The notes: generated from the letters alone by a model not told the origin. Shown: positions 51,073 to 60,719, counted from the first letter of the stretch. The stretch: DNA of 64,000 bases from Candidatus Latescibacterota bacterium (GCA_965204375.1 OZ241986.1:5792001-5856000), one strand, 5' to 3'. Numbers and translations are program-made.

Positions 51073-51262
51073 TTTTCAATTAGCATCCCAATGACCTCCA
51101 TCAATGAGGCTAAGGGGTGATTTTCATTCTCGCCCACTACATCAATCAAATCGTCCAGTAATGTCACAAGCTATTGATATTCGTCTCCGCATGGGGAACA
51201 AATACAACGGGTGCCATCATGGGCCATACTTCTTGAGCGGTTTGTATTCCGGCATTGGTCAT
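51033..51262 (-). pseudogene. HigA-like antitoxin (N-domain-only type) pseudogene
   Basis: Manual translation: MTNAGIQTAQEVWPMMAPVVFVPHAE /frameshift/ EYQ*LVTLLDDLIDVVGENENHPLASLMEVIGMLIEKYEDEHVPELTEI*. One frameshift and one internal TAG; missed by the ORF track. Confidence 0.7.
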
Positions 51263-51399
51263 AAAATTTACATCTCGATTTCACTAAAAGTAAAAACGAA
51301 TTATACTTGACATCAATTACTCCAATTACAACGCGGTCAGAGACAAGACGTTTGATAAACATCTGTTATTGAGAATCATCAGAATCATAGCTCCAATAC

Positions 51400-52587
51400 T
51401 CAAGGTGCAGTGGGAGCCTTAATCACATAATTTTCAGATTCACCCGCAGGCCTTGGACAAAAGTGGCGAAAATCGCATGCTACACATGTCGCCTCATCAT
51501 CACAGTTTGGGGCCCAAGCCTGAAGGATATCGCTACCAGTCGCTTCTGCGATAACATCTTCCTCTGCTTGACGGACAACATCATCAAAGGACGCGAGAGC
51601 ATGTGTAATGCTGCTAGGAGTGATCGGAATAACTCGAATGGCTCTACGCAGACGAAAATCAAGCGATAGTTGACTTGTATCCATGCCCGCACTCCACATT
51701 CTGACAATCTGCTCATCTTGAGAGCCATTTTCAGGCACCATATCTGTTGAGTTGTTAGATAGGCCGCGTTGAAGTTCTTTCATCTCTGTGTCACCAGGTG
51801 TCAACTCGTTTATGTAGATCAGGATTCCTGCCACAACTCGTAGTGCCTCAGGCTGTCGTTCTCTGAGCCAAGCGTATGTTTGAACTTGCCAGTCTCCTTG
51901 CTCCCAATACGCTTCATTAGTCAAGGGACGTCTCGCGCCCTTATAGTCAACAATAACCTCGAAGGTTTCTGGTAGGTCTGGACAAACTTGCTGAACGCAT
52001 TGACGAATAAGATTATCGTCAGAGGCGTTCGAAAGGGTTACATGGGTCAAGACGTCAATAACGCCATGTACCTCATAGTTATCGCAGCGAAGAACCTGCC
52101 CTTGAGATGGCACAGGTCTTGTTCCAATCACCCTGCTTTCTGTAGAAGCGATAAGCGGAAACAAGTGTGGTCCCAACTCGTTTACCGCAATCTCAACACG
52201 ATGGTATGCCGAGTCACGAGCGGCGGTACTGCGAGCTTGTTTGCCCTGATGCCGAAGAGAGTTCTCTACTGCCTCGGCAAATTTGCCAATATCATGGTCC
52301 ATCCAATTTGGAGGATTCTGCCGCCATTCGCGTTTTGTGCAGGGCCAAGGAAAAGCAGGTGGTTGTTGATCGCTTTGCCGTAACTGATCCCAAAAACGAT
52401 ACGCCATTTCTAATGTGCCATGCAGAAACTCACCAAACCAGAGTTGTACCGGCCTCGAAGGAGGCAAGGCACTGCCATTATGGTATCGATACTGTAGCCG
52501 ACAGCGCAAGTATGATAAGAGATCGCCTGTGAGTGAATAAGACGGAACAATGTGTTCCGGTCGTTTGACTTCGAGTTCCATATCCAA
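51400..52587 (-). CDS. PD-(D/E)xK nuclease, RecB/AddB/Cas4-like, with a 4-Cys Fe-S signature
   Basis: N-terminal SYLRC, GEFLH, GVIDV...VIVDYKG, QVQTYAW, and C-terminal CVACDFRHFCP. Confidence 0.85.
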   Translation of the reverse strand: MDMELEVKRPEHIVPSYSLTGDLLSYLRCRLQYRYHNGSALPPSRPVQLWFGEFLHGTLEMAYRFWDQLRQSDQQPPAFPWPCTKREWRQNPPNWMDHDIGKFAEAVENSLRHQGKQARSTAARDSAYHRVEIAVNELGPHLFPLIASTESRVIGTRPVPSQGQVLRCDNYEVHGVIDVLTHVTLSNASDDNLIRQCVQQVCPDLPETFEVIVDYKGARRPLTNEAYWEQGDWQVQTYAWLRERQPEALRVVAGILIYINELTPGDTEMKELQRGLSNNSTDMVPENGSQDEQIVRMWSAGMDTSQLSLDFRLRRAIRVIPITPSSITHALASFDDVVRQAEEDVIAEATGSDILQAWAPNCDDEATCVACDFRHFCPRPAGESENYVIKAPTAP

Positions 52588-52606
52588 TTACCAGGAGTGT
52601 GTTGGA

Positions 52607-54982
52607 TTATATTTGTAAGAACGGCGGTTCAACAATAACTGGAGGTCGGCGACTACTGTATTCCTGCCTCCATGGCCAAGTCTCGTCGCGACACCAGCCC
52701 AAAGCGATATTTGGAATCGTACTTCCCGTAAGAGTTCTTCCGGTTCCGTAGCGCAAGCAGTTCTCGCACCCCACGAGCATCAGCACGGACTGAGGGCGGC
52801 TGTAAGCGACGTAGTAGAGTCGAACCAAGTCGTCAAATGTACGATCTATTGCTCTACGATTTCCCCGAAGAGGAGCGATTAGATGAGGTTCAACGTCATC
52901 TTCAGCTTGTACGACATTTGATATTTGATTCGGAAATCTCAAAAATCGCTGTGTCCAATGATTGGTCTTGAAGCGACTTCCAACATCAACGATTACCAAC
53001 GGAAACTCCAATCCTTTTGCTTGGTGGATTGTCATAAGTTGTAGTCGGTCACGCGGAACACTTGGCATAATGTCTTCATCAACATCAACCTCGTTCTCTG
53101 CAATCGGTATAAGTGCATCACGAACGAAGCTTAATCTGCTTAAAAGTGCATTGTCGTCATCATTAGCATTGTTCTGAAGGAGTCGCATACCATAGGGAGA
53201 TGCCATGCTCGCGCTCGCAATGATGCGCGTAATAGCCTCCAGCCACACTTGATGCTCAGGATTACGCTGAAATTCAGGCATCCACGAGATCAATGTAAAG
53301 ACAAGTTCAAGAACTGGCCAATCTTGAGGGAAAGAATCAGTCGCTTGACCCAATGCTGCGTTTTGCCAATCCTGAATAAAACCCCTGAGTGCCCGGCCAT
53401 CGTATGGAGGTGGGTTTAAATCAACAAACTGTTGAGCACTTTGCCTCCATTGCTCAAGAAAGAACCTCGCCTCATTCGTAGGCATCACTTCATCAATGAT
53501 AGTATTATTTGGATCAACTGCTAGAAGGACAAGTCCCAAGAGAACGCGCACATCAGGAATGGTTCGTAGGGCTTGACCGCGTGGATTGAAAACTTGGAGT
53601 CCATAGACTTCCAGTTCGTTTCGTAACAGGCCTGGAAATCGCTCTTGTGGTGAGTGGTTGTAATGGTTGTAGCTCTCTTCTTCAATAGAGTGAGCCAGAA
53701 ACACTGCGTCACCCAAGGCTCCTTCCTGTGACATCTGAATTTCCTGACCTGTTGCGCCAATAGAAACACTTCGTTGATCAACCAGTCTATCCAGAAATGC
53801 GGCAAGGTCTGTTGCGAGACTTTCTTGATCGGCCCTAAACATACCCAGTACAGGAATGTTTCCGCTTGTTCTGGTTGCTACCACCAAAGGTTTTGGAGGG
53901 TCGATCCTTGCAGATGAGAAGTCTGGATCATTTGTAATATAGTCGTTGTAGAACTGCACAATTTCCGATCTTGATCGGAAATTCATAGTCATGTCCACGC
54001 GTTCGGTTTGTCGCTCTGTTGCTTGCTGGCAACGTATATCAAAGTCCGTAAAGAGTTCGACTGATCCACCACGAAACCTGTACATGGATTGGTCATCATC
54101 ACCTACTATGGTCATTGACGGATCGGCCCTGCGGATCATTTCAAAATAAATCGCTTCTTGGAGAGGGTTGGTGTCTTGATATTCATCAACCAAAATCACC
54201 TTTAAGTCCTCAAGCCATTCATCAAGCGATCCACTGGACAGTCGCTCAAGAAACTGTTCTTCTAAAATTGTAAAGTCAAAGACGTTTGTTTCTTTTGCCT
54301 GCTGACGATAGCATTCCAACATCTCAACAATCAATTCTTGGGCTTCTCCAGATTGGGCATAACTATCCAGATCCACACGATCCTGTATCAAACGTTCAAG
54401 CAAGCGTTTCGCTGCTTTTAGAGCTTCTCCGCGATTGCGAGGATTCTGACCATTAAAGGTATATCGGCTCAGAAGGCCGTCAAAGATAGCCTGATTTGGC
54501 TCGTAAAAGTCTCCAAACGCCGACCTTTTCAGAATAAGGTTACTTGCGGAAGGATCTGCTAATATAGGCGCAAGTTCTCCTGGCGGACGATAATCTATCA
54601 GAGCTTGTTGAACAATACTATCCAATGTGTCAATCCTGCATCGGTTAAGATCAATCTGGTCGAGATTGATAGCAGGGTCTAAATCAAGTTCTTCGCAAAG
54701 GGCTGTCCCCCAATCCAGCCAGCGTGTACGTAACTCGCGTGCGGCCTTTCGAGTAAATGTGGTTATCAAGATATTCTCGGGCAGAACATTCTCCACGAAA
54801 ACGAAACGTAAGGCACGGAGCACAAGCACGGTAGTCTTTCCCGAACCGGGACCAGCGACAATTTGCAGAATGCGATTATCAGCATGGTTGACAGCATTAA
54901 GCTGAGCCTCATTATTTGGATTTCGCAGATCGCGCTCAATGCGACTGCTAACTATATCGAGAAAACGATCATTGCTAATCAT
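52607..54982 (-). CDS. UvrD/Rep-like superfamily 1 helicase
   Basis: AGPGSGKT, LVDEYQD, VGDDDQSMYRFRG, NFRS, TIHQAKGLEF, RLYYVAYSR. Confidence 0.92.
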   Translation of the reverse strand: MISNDRFLDIVSSRIERDLRNPNNEAQLNAVNHADNRILQIVAGPGSGKTTVLVLRALRFVFVENVLPENILITTFTRKAARELRTRWLDWGTALCEELDLDPAINLDQIDLNRCRIDTLDSIVQQALIDYRPPGELAPILADPSASNLILKRSAFGDFYEPNQAIFDGLLSRYTFNGQNPRNRGEALKAAKRLLERLIQDRVDLDSYAQSGEAQELIVEMLECYRQQAKETNVFDFTILEEQFLERLSSGSLDEWLEDLKVILVDEYQDTNPLQEAIYFEMIRRADPSMTIVGDDDQSMYRFRGGSVELFTDFDIRCQQATERQTERVDMTMNFRSRSEIVQFYNDYITNDPDFSSARIDPPKPLVVATRTSGNIPVLGMFRADQESLATDLAAFLDRLVDQRSVSIGATGQEIQMSQEGALGDAVFLAHSIEEESYNHYNHSPQERFPGLLRNELEVYGLQVFNPRGQALRTIPDVRVLLGLVLLAVDPNNTIIDEVMPTNEARFFLEQWRQSAQQFVDLNPPPYDGRALRGFIQDWQNAALGQATDSFPQDWPVLELVFTLISWMPEFQRNPEHQVWLEAITRIIASASMASPYGMRLLQNNANDDDNALLSRLSFVRDALIPIAENEVDVDEDIMPSVPRDRLQLMTIHQAKGLEFPLVIVDVGSRFKTNHWTQRFLRFPNQISNVVQAEDDVEPHLIAPLRGNRRAIDRTFDDLVRLYYVAYSRPQSVLMLVGCENCLRYGTGRTLTGSTIPNIALGWCRDETWPWRQEYSSRRPPVIVEPPFLQI

Positions 54983-55039
54983 AGGATGTCTTTAGTTTTC
55001 CGTACAAAAGGAACGTGTTGTGGTCATTGCACTTCTCCA

Positions 55040-56863
55040 TTAGATGTTCCCATACCTTGCTTCTAAAAAGGAAGCGATGCGTCCATTTGCATCTTCAGTC
55101 TTCACGGGCAGGGGAACTGCCTCAAGACCGGTCGCATCATGGCTGACCAGAAGCCACTGCCCTTTAACAAATTTAAATGTCTGATTCAACATCTCATTGC
55201 CGAAACCAAAAGCCTCAGAAACGGCCGTGCGGTCACTGGCTCTTGGCAACTTTGAGATAAAGTAGGTATGTGGCTGAGACATAATATTGGTATCGAGATA
55301 GCGAATCCGTTGTGTTGCTATGCCGAGGCCAATTCCAAATTTCCTTCCGCGCCGTGCAATCGTTTCAGCAATTTTAGCTGAGTCTTCATAGCTACCCCGG
55401 CCACCTGCACGGATAAATTCATCAGCTTCGTCGAAAATAAAGCCGACGATCGGATCAATGACACCATTAAGCCTTCGGCTTTCATACAGTTCACTTCCAA
55501 GATTGTGCGAAAACTCTCTGAGGTCGTCAGGACTATGAGATTGGATTATCCAGAGAGATTTATGGGTATTATCATTTAAATCATCTATAATTTCGGGCAG
55601 GGTTGTACTCGCAGCCAAGTTTTCGGCTGTTGACCTTTCAAGTTCTTCGAGTTTGGCAATATGGTTGGCATAGTCATCCTGGAACTCAGCATGTTGCGGA
55701 TGTTCAAGCAGTTCCTCCAATTTCTCCTTGATGCGCTTCGCGAGATCAGGGCTAAAATGCGTTTCTTTATAGTCAGTTCTGATATTGGATTCCCTCAATA
55801 CTATTTTGTTTAACTCCATTCTATTTCTAAACTTCGTTTGCCGTCTTTCTTTTGCCCAAGTAACCACCTCATTAGTAAAGAAGAGATCCCACACAGTGAT
55901 GCTTTTCGATTCATTGAAATAGCGTACTTTCTCACTTTTGATAAAATCGAGAAGGGCCCAGCCCATTTTATTTCGCCTTCCCTGAAGAGCTTTGGGAAGA
56001 AGGGTGTATTGCAGGAGTTGCCTTGTCGCCTCTTTATCATTCGGTGCTCCATATAGTTTGTTAATGTATTTAAAAGTTCCTTCAGGCAAGGAGTTCCTGC
56101 CAATAGTGAGCAGACGACCATCAATATTTTTTGAAAGAAGTTGATCAATTAACAAGCCAGTATATTCACTCATTAGATCAAAGAACACTAACTTGACCGG
56201 TTCTTGTGTCGATTCAAAAATTTTTGCTACTGCCGTTGACAAAAGGTTGGATTTACCCACACCAGTAAAACCGAAAATAGCAAAATGAGTACGGAGCAAC
56301 TCGTCAATACGCATCAGAATCTCAACATCTGGATCGCGTGCAAGTGTTCCGATTACAGTGAGATTCTTTTCGTTTTTTGTATCAATACCATTATTAGCAA
56401 TCAGATTTGTAGTTTCACTATCGAGTACGCGAACCTTAGATCCGACCATTGCCATGTTTGTCTCGGGTTCAATACTAAGAGATGTGTCGTCATATGATTC
56501 TGGTTCCACAACTTCCAAGAATGTTGGAATAGCTGTAGCTTCAATCTTCGTTGTTTCCTCTGTCGCCTCTTTATCCTGCGATTCCCAATCCTGCGCCGCG
56601 CTACGAGCAGCTTCAACAACGAATCCTGGATAACCCAAGTTTCCGCTCTGCAAGGCAAAATGCGAAGGCATTACTGAAGTAATTTCCAATATGGACCAGC
56701 GACGAAAACCAGCATCTGAACCGAAGTTCGCAACTGCCAGCATTGTTCCTTCCTGGATTTTATTTATGGATTCACGCGTGTAATCGAACCAAATAGAGTA
56801 CCGAAACCGCGTATCCGGCGATTCCTCCATTGACATCAGAGTACCTTCAAGCTTTGTGAACAT
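55040..56863 (-). CDS. herA: HerA-family ATPase/translocase
   Basis: N-terminal HAS-barrel-like region. THFAIFGFTGVGKS (Walker A), FIFDEAD (Walker B), RRGRKFGIGLGIATQR. Confidence 0.85.
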   Translation of the reverse strand: MFTKLEGTLMSMEESPDTRFRYSIWFDYTRESINKIQEGTMLAVANFGSDAGFRRWSILEITSVMPSHFALQSGNLGYPGFVVEAARSAAQDWESQDKEATEETTKIEATAIPTFLEVVEPESYDDTSLSIEPETNMAMVGSKVRVLDSETTNLIANNGIDTKNEKNLTVIGTLARDPDVEILMRIDELLRTHFAIFGFTGVGKSNLLSTAVAKIFESTQEPVKLVFFDLMSEYTGLLIDQLLSKNIDGRLLTIGRNSLPEGTFKYINKLYGAPNDKEATRQLLQYTLLPKALQGRRNKMGWALLDFIKSEKVRYFNESKSITVWDLFFTNEVVTWAKERRQTKFRNRMELNKIVLRESNIRTDYKETHFSPDLAKRIKEKLEELLEHPQHAEFQDDYANHIAKLEELERSTAENLAASTTLPEIIDDLNDNTHKSLWIIQSHSPDDLREFSHNLGSELYESRRLNGVIDPIVGFIFDEADEFIRAGGRGSYEDSAKIAETIARRGRKFGIGLGIATQRIRYLDTNIMSQPHTYFISKLPRASDRTAVSEAFGFGNEMLNQTFKFVKGQWLLVSHDATGLEAVPLPVKTEDANGRIASFLEARYGNI

Positions 56864-56866
56864 AAC

Positions 56867-58693
56867 TTACCTCTTAGCAGAATCTCTGGTTGTTCTAAAA
56901 GTGTGGCTGAGTGGATTGCTATTCAGCACTATTGTTGACGAGTCAATGGTTTTGCCAACCCATCGGCCCATACTTTTAGCTCCCCAATCCGCTTTGTGCA
57001 GCGGGTCTGGATATCCAATGGCCTCAGCAAAGTGATTCTTGGTTAAAACGGATAACAAATACATCATTATTGTTTGGCCACGGTTGATATGTTCTGAATC
57101 TTTCCAAGCGAATGGCTCAATACGGCCCAATGAGTTTGTCTCGATTGGAATTGATGTGGGGGAAGTTTCTGTATCAACAGAATCGAAAGATGGCTGTAAG
57201 AGCCTTTCTATGAAAACAACATGGCCCATTAACGGATGCCTTTTCTCACGACTTAAAAAAAACTGCCCCAGCGACTTCATAAAAAGACGTTCTTGGTTTA
57301 CAATCGGCCCCATTACGCCACCGACCTGGGTCTTACCCGTCTCATCATCGCGCTCGCGATGGAGTGTCATAAATGCTGAATCAAACTCAATCGTTGCCCA
57401 TGGTGCTTCGAGATTAGAGTCAAAACGCGGCAACGCCTCACAGAGCATTCGATCCGTCCAGGGCAGTGTATTGACCGTTAGATCGCGAAGTTGGGGATGA
57501 AAATCTGTCTCCAGCGTCACCCCAAAATAATTGCGACCAAAATAACGAGACGCTGAATCTTTTATGATTCCATAAAGTAGAACTTTCCGTTCCCAACTTA
57601 CTTCAATCAGCATCCGCATTCCAACGGCAACAAGAAATTTCAAATCATTGGAAGACATCCAGTGTTTCCGCAAGACTCCAGAATGATCCGTAGTTTCGTA
57701 TTGAAGTGCAGTTGGGTCTTTTTCAAGGAAAAGCCGCTTACAAATATTCTGAAAGAAAGCTTTTGTGTAGTCCCAGGATTCGCGAACATTTACTAAAGGA
57801 ACTCCGCTCTCGTCTAAAACTCCACGTCTAACTAACCAGCCAAGTGCTCTTCTAAGACTGGCAATTTCTACACCGTAGATTTGAGCAATTGCATCCAGAT
57901 TTATCGGCTGCGTAGGCTCTCTCAAGAGTGAAGCAATAATTGTCCTGGGACGATCCATATTCTTGCTTGAAGGTATGCCAAACATATCGTTCACGGGTTG
58001 AGCATAAGCGACTGCTATATCTGCTTTCGTCAGTTTTCTGCGGTCATAAGGATAGCCCACCAAACCGATCTTATCTTGAGCTTGGGCTACATTCGCGAGA
58101 ACTGATGAAGGAGACAAATCCATCAAAACAAGATGAGGTGCATCTAAAGCAGATGATGTGATGGCATTGATTGCCAGGAAAATCTCAGCCAATTGCATTA
58201 TTTGGGTGTGAACACTCGCTACGTTAGCTTCTTCCTCATTTGTTGCTAAAAATTGCTCACCGTGTGGCTGGATTTCTTCAAGTCTCGCAAACGGCACAGG
58301 AATCCAGGCAACCATGGAAACATCCTCTTCGAGGCTCCAGCGCTTGTAGTGAACTTTATGGTCGCCAGCATCCAGTTCGAGTTCTCCGCGTGCGCCATAA
58401 GCTCCTCCAAAAAAAGTGAGCATATCGGCAAATTGCTCTTTCCTACATGTGCCATCTATTGCAATAAATTGGAGTTGCCGTGTCCCTAAAGCACGTTCTA
58501 TATTTTCCTGTAGTCGATCACAACCTCGCTGCGACAAAAATCTGTCACGAAAATGAACGATCTGTGTCGAGAGAAACTGCTCATAAAATTCTTTGGCGGC
58601 GGAGAGTCGCTCTGAAACAAGCTCGTTGTATTGGTCTCGTCCAACATTTAAGGCGTCTCGGTAAGCGGTGCTAATGTCAGATACCCTGGACAT
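56867..58693 (-). CDS. nurA: NurA-domain nuclease
   Basis: FIAIDGT, LVLMD, GIIKDS and the C-terminal GYPDPLHKAD motif. Start MSRVSD overlaps the upstream stop by 17 nt; adjacent to herA. Confidence 0.8.
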   Translation of the reverse strand: MSRVSDISTAYRDALNVGRDQYNELVSERLSAAKEFYEQFLSTQIVHFRDRFLSQRGCDRLQENIERALGTRQLQFIAIDGTCRKEQFADMLTFFGGAYGARGELELDAGDHKVHYKRWSLEEDVSMVAWIPVPFARLEEIQPHGEQFLATNEEEANVASVHTQIMQLAEIFLAINAITSSALDAPHLVLMDLSPSSVLANVAQAQDKIGLVGYPYDRRKLTKADIAVAYAQPVNDMFGIPSSKNMDRPRTIIASLLREPTQPINLDAIAQIYGVEIASLRRALGWLVRRGVLDESGVPLVNVRESWDYTKAFFQNICKRLFLEKDPTALQYETTDHSGVLRKHWMSSNDLKFLVAVGMRMLIEVSWERKVLLYGIIKDSASRYFGRNYFGVTLETDFHPQLRDLTVNTLPWTDRMLCEALPRFDSNLEAPWATIEFDSAFMTLHRERDDETGKTQVGGVMGPIVNQERLFMKSLGQFFLSREKRHPLMGHVVFIERLLQPSFDSVDTETSPTSIPIETNSLGRIEPFAWKDSEHINRGQTIMMYLLSVLTKNHFAEAIGYPDPLHKADWGAKSMGRWVGKTIDSSTIVLNSNPLSHTFRTTRDSAKR

Positions 58694-60404
58694 GATTACC
58701 TTTCTGAATGCGCTCATACAGCATGAGTGTGTTGTGTGCTCCCCGTCGCTTGTTCCGATTCGCTCCTCGAAAAATGAGGGTATGTATCCCAATTTCCTTG
58801 CAAAAGGGGCATTCGCACATTCGCCAGGGTCGCTCTTCCAATGTTCGGCGGTATTGTTCACGCATGGACTGCGTTTCACTGGATCTCGCCAAATGCTGGT
58901 CATAACTAAGAAGGGCTTCAAGAACTTCATTAACAGTCGCTTGATCTTTGTCATATCGGCATAGCAAGTCCAAAACTTTTCGTTCCTCTTGCTCCAGTTC
59001 AGCGATGTCTGCATTTGCCTCTATTAATCGCCTGCGTGTACGTCCGTCACTCGTCATTGGTACTCGCAATGCTACATACCACTTTCTATTTTTACCAAGG
59101 TAATTCTGACCAGATCGAAGCCACGCTTTTCGGAAGTACGTTGCGCTGTCAAAGCTGTCAATCTTGAGTTCTTGAAACAGTCTTTGGAGTTTAGGACGAA
59201 AGATTCCAAAGAGATGTATCCATGGCCGTTCTTTGAGATCGTCAGCAGCAGCGACTACTGCCTGCACTATGTTTTCAATCTCGCTATCTTTCAGCGGTAC
59301 AAGGCCACCAAGAGCTATGTGGCGATATCCAAAGTCATAATAGTCTCGAACAGATTGAGCGTACTGATCCGGACTGAGGGCCTGGATAGTCCCAACCGGA
59401 TTGAATACAGCTTTCCGTTTATTGGTAGCTTCTATGAATGCCTTAGCATTCTCCCGAGTGAGGTCCACTCGCTCTTGGCGTTCATCATCAGAAAGAAGAA
59501 TCTTTGTGCCATTTTTGATAATTTTTTTTACTGGAATGTGATCAACCGATGCCCCAAAATTGAAGCCATATAACTCGTACAGCGAGACAGCTTGTTCTAC
59601 GGAAATCGTTGGCAAATCCTCGTTTACATAGCTGAATGCACCACAATCGCCAAAGAGATACTGGTGCGACGAAAGACCGAATTGGCTACGTAATGGTAGA
59701 GGCGACAATGATCCGAGTTCCGTTCCTCTCAGTCTTCGTAAGGGACCTTTCGATGTCCCATTCTGGGCAAGGCTGAGGAGGACACCGTCGCACATTTGTT
59801 CGGGCTGCATCAAGACGCAACAGTGTTTGTCTCCTCTTTCTTCACGAGTCTTTCCCGAGAAGGCATCTTGCTCAAAGTCGAAATTCGGATCCAGGAGATC
59901 GTCCCAATCCGGAAGAAAATAGCTGCGCTTTCCTGTGCCTCCCTCAACCTCAACTTTCTCACGTCGGTCAGATGAAGTACTCTCAAGGAAAGACTTGATA
60001 TTACTCATTTTTCTTCCAATGCCGCCCTGAAACACTTCTTGACTAATATCGGAGGAATCCAGTGCAGGCTGCAGAGCATTAAGATAGTCTTTTCCAACGG
60101 ACAAATGAACAGTATGGTGATCACGAGTCCATTTTTTGAGAATATTAGAATACTCTCTGGCTTTTTCTTGATATATAGATGCGTTCATTCTCATGTCGTA
60201 ATATTCGATACCCTTCAAGCTACCGAACAAACCATATTTCGCCGAAAGAACCGCAATGGAGACATTTGACGGCCATTGATGTTCTTGCAGGAACTTTCTG
60301 ATAACCCGAAATGGGGGACCATCGTAACGATCAATCGCAGGGAGTAAACCATCGCACTTCCGTTTGGTCTGCGAACAACCGAGAATGAGTAGCTGTTTAT
60401 TCAT
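58677..60404 (-). CDS. dpdA: DUF6884-like domain fused to a DpdA-like guanine transglycosylase (TGT fold)
   Basis: N-domain LILGCSQTK..AIDRYDG..VLSAKYGL..YD.RM. TGT motifs YFLPDWDD, GDCGAFSY, SVDH, GTIQ, ALGGL, IHLFG, DSFDS, and Zn site CECPFC...HN. Confidence 0.78.
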   Translation of the reverse strand: MNKQLLILGCSQTKRKCDGLLPAIDRYDGPPFRVIRKFLQEHQWPSNVSIAVLSAKYGLFGSLKGIEYYDMRMNASIYQEKAREYSNILKKWTRDHHTVHLSVGKDYLNALQPALDSSDISQEVFQGGIGRKMSNIKSFLESTSSDRREKVEVEGGTGKRSYFLPDWDDLLDPNFDFEQDAFSGKTREERGDKHCCVLMQPEQMCDGVLLSLAQNGTSKGPLRRLRGTELGSLSPLPLRSQFGLSSHQYLFGDCGAFSYVNEDLPTISVEQAVSLYELYGFNFGASVDHIPVKKIIKNGTKILLSDDERQERVDLTRENAKAFIEATNKRKAVFNPVGTIQALSPDQYAQSVRDYYDFGYRHIALGGLVPLKDSEIENIVQAVVAAADDLKERPWIHLFGIFRPKLQRLFQELKIDSFDSATYFRKAWLRSGQNYLGKNRKWYVALRVPMTSDGRTRRRLIEANADIAELEQEERKVLDLLCRYDKDQATVNEVLEALLSYDQHLARSSETQSMREQYRRTLEERPWRMCECPFCKEIGIHTLIFRGANRNKRRGAHNTLMLYERIQKGNHVQGI

Positions 60405-60556
60405 AAGAACAAATCCCCGAGACAACCTCTATTTGTGTCTGCCCTGTAATGCCTGACCCTACATGCTTTAAGCAGGGCTGTATGTAATGTTGCTTCAAGT
60501 CACATATTACGTTATAAATTAAAACTTGACATGGCGATTTGGATATGTTATGCGTT

Positions 60557-60644
60557 AAAAAAATAAGTCAGGGATGAATGGCTCCATGCCATGTGATTGC
60601 CGGGCTGCGGTTCGCGCAATCCTATATCCCTGGCTTATTTTTTT
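60557..60644. other. 19-bp inverted repeat / long hairpin in the operon leader
   Basis: AAAAAAATAAGTCAGGGAT (60557-60575) pairs with ATCCCTGGCTTATTTTTTT (60626-60644), one mismatch. Confidence 0.7.
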
Positions 60645-60690
60645 CTTAAGGGGCCGCCGCAGTGAGCGGCTTGTTTTGTGTGTAAAACAA

Positions 60691-60719
60691 ACTATAATCT
60701 ACCTCTCGCGTATTGTCAA
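60691..60719 (-). promoter_or_regulatory. Sigma70-type promoter for the dpdA-nurA-herA operon
   Basis: Minus strand TTGACA-17 bp-TATAGT, about 290 nt upstream of the dpdA-like start. Confidence 0.7.

Noticed and set aside
51400-52587. Cas4 / CRISPR-Cas assignment
   Set aside because: No cas1/cas2 and no repeat-spacer array were seen anywhere in the window. The 4-Cys PD-(D/E)xK fold is shared with AddB/RecB-type nucleases.
58694-59014. 107-aa N-terminal extension of NurA given by the ORF track
   Set aside because: It overlaps the Zn-binding C-terminus of the dpdA-like gene in another frame. ATG 58693 gives a normal short overlap.
60405-60440. Possible preQ1-I riboswitch (ATAGAGGTT... on the minus strand) before the TGT-like gene
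   Set aside because: Only the first few bases resemble it. The complementary CCCTCTAT strand and the A-rich 3' tail are absent.
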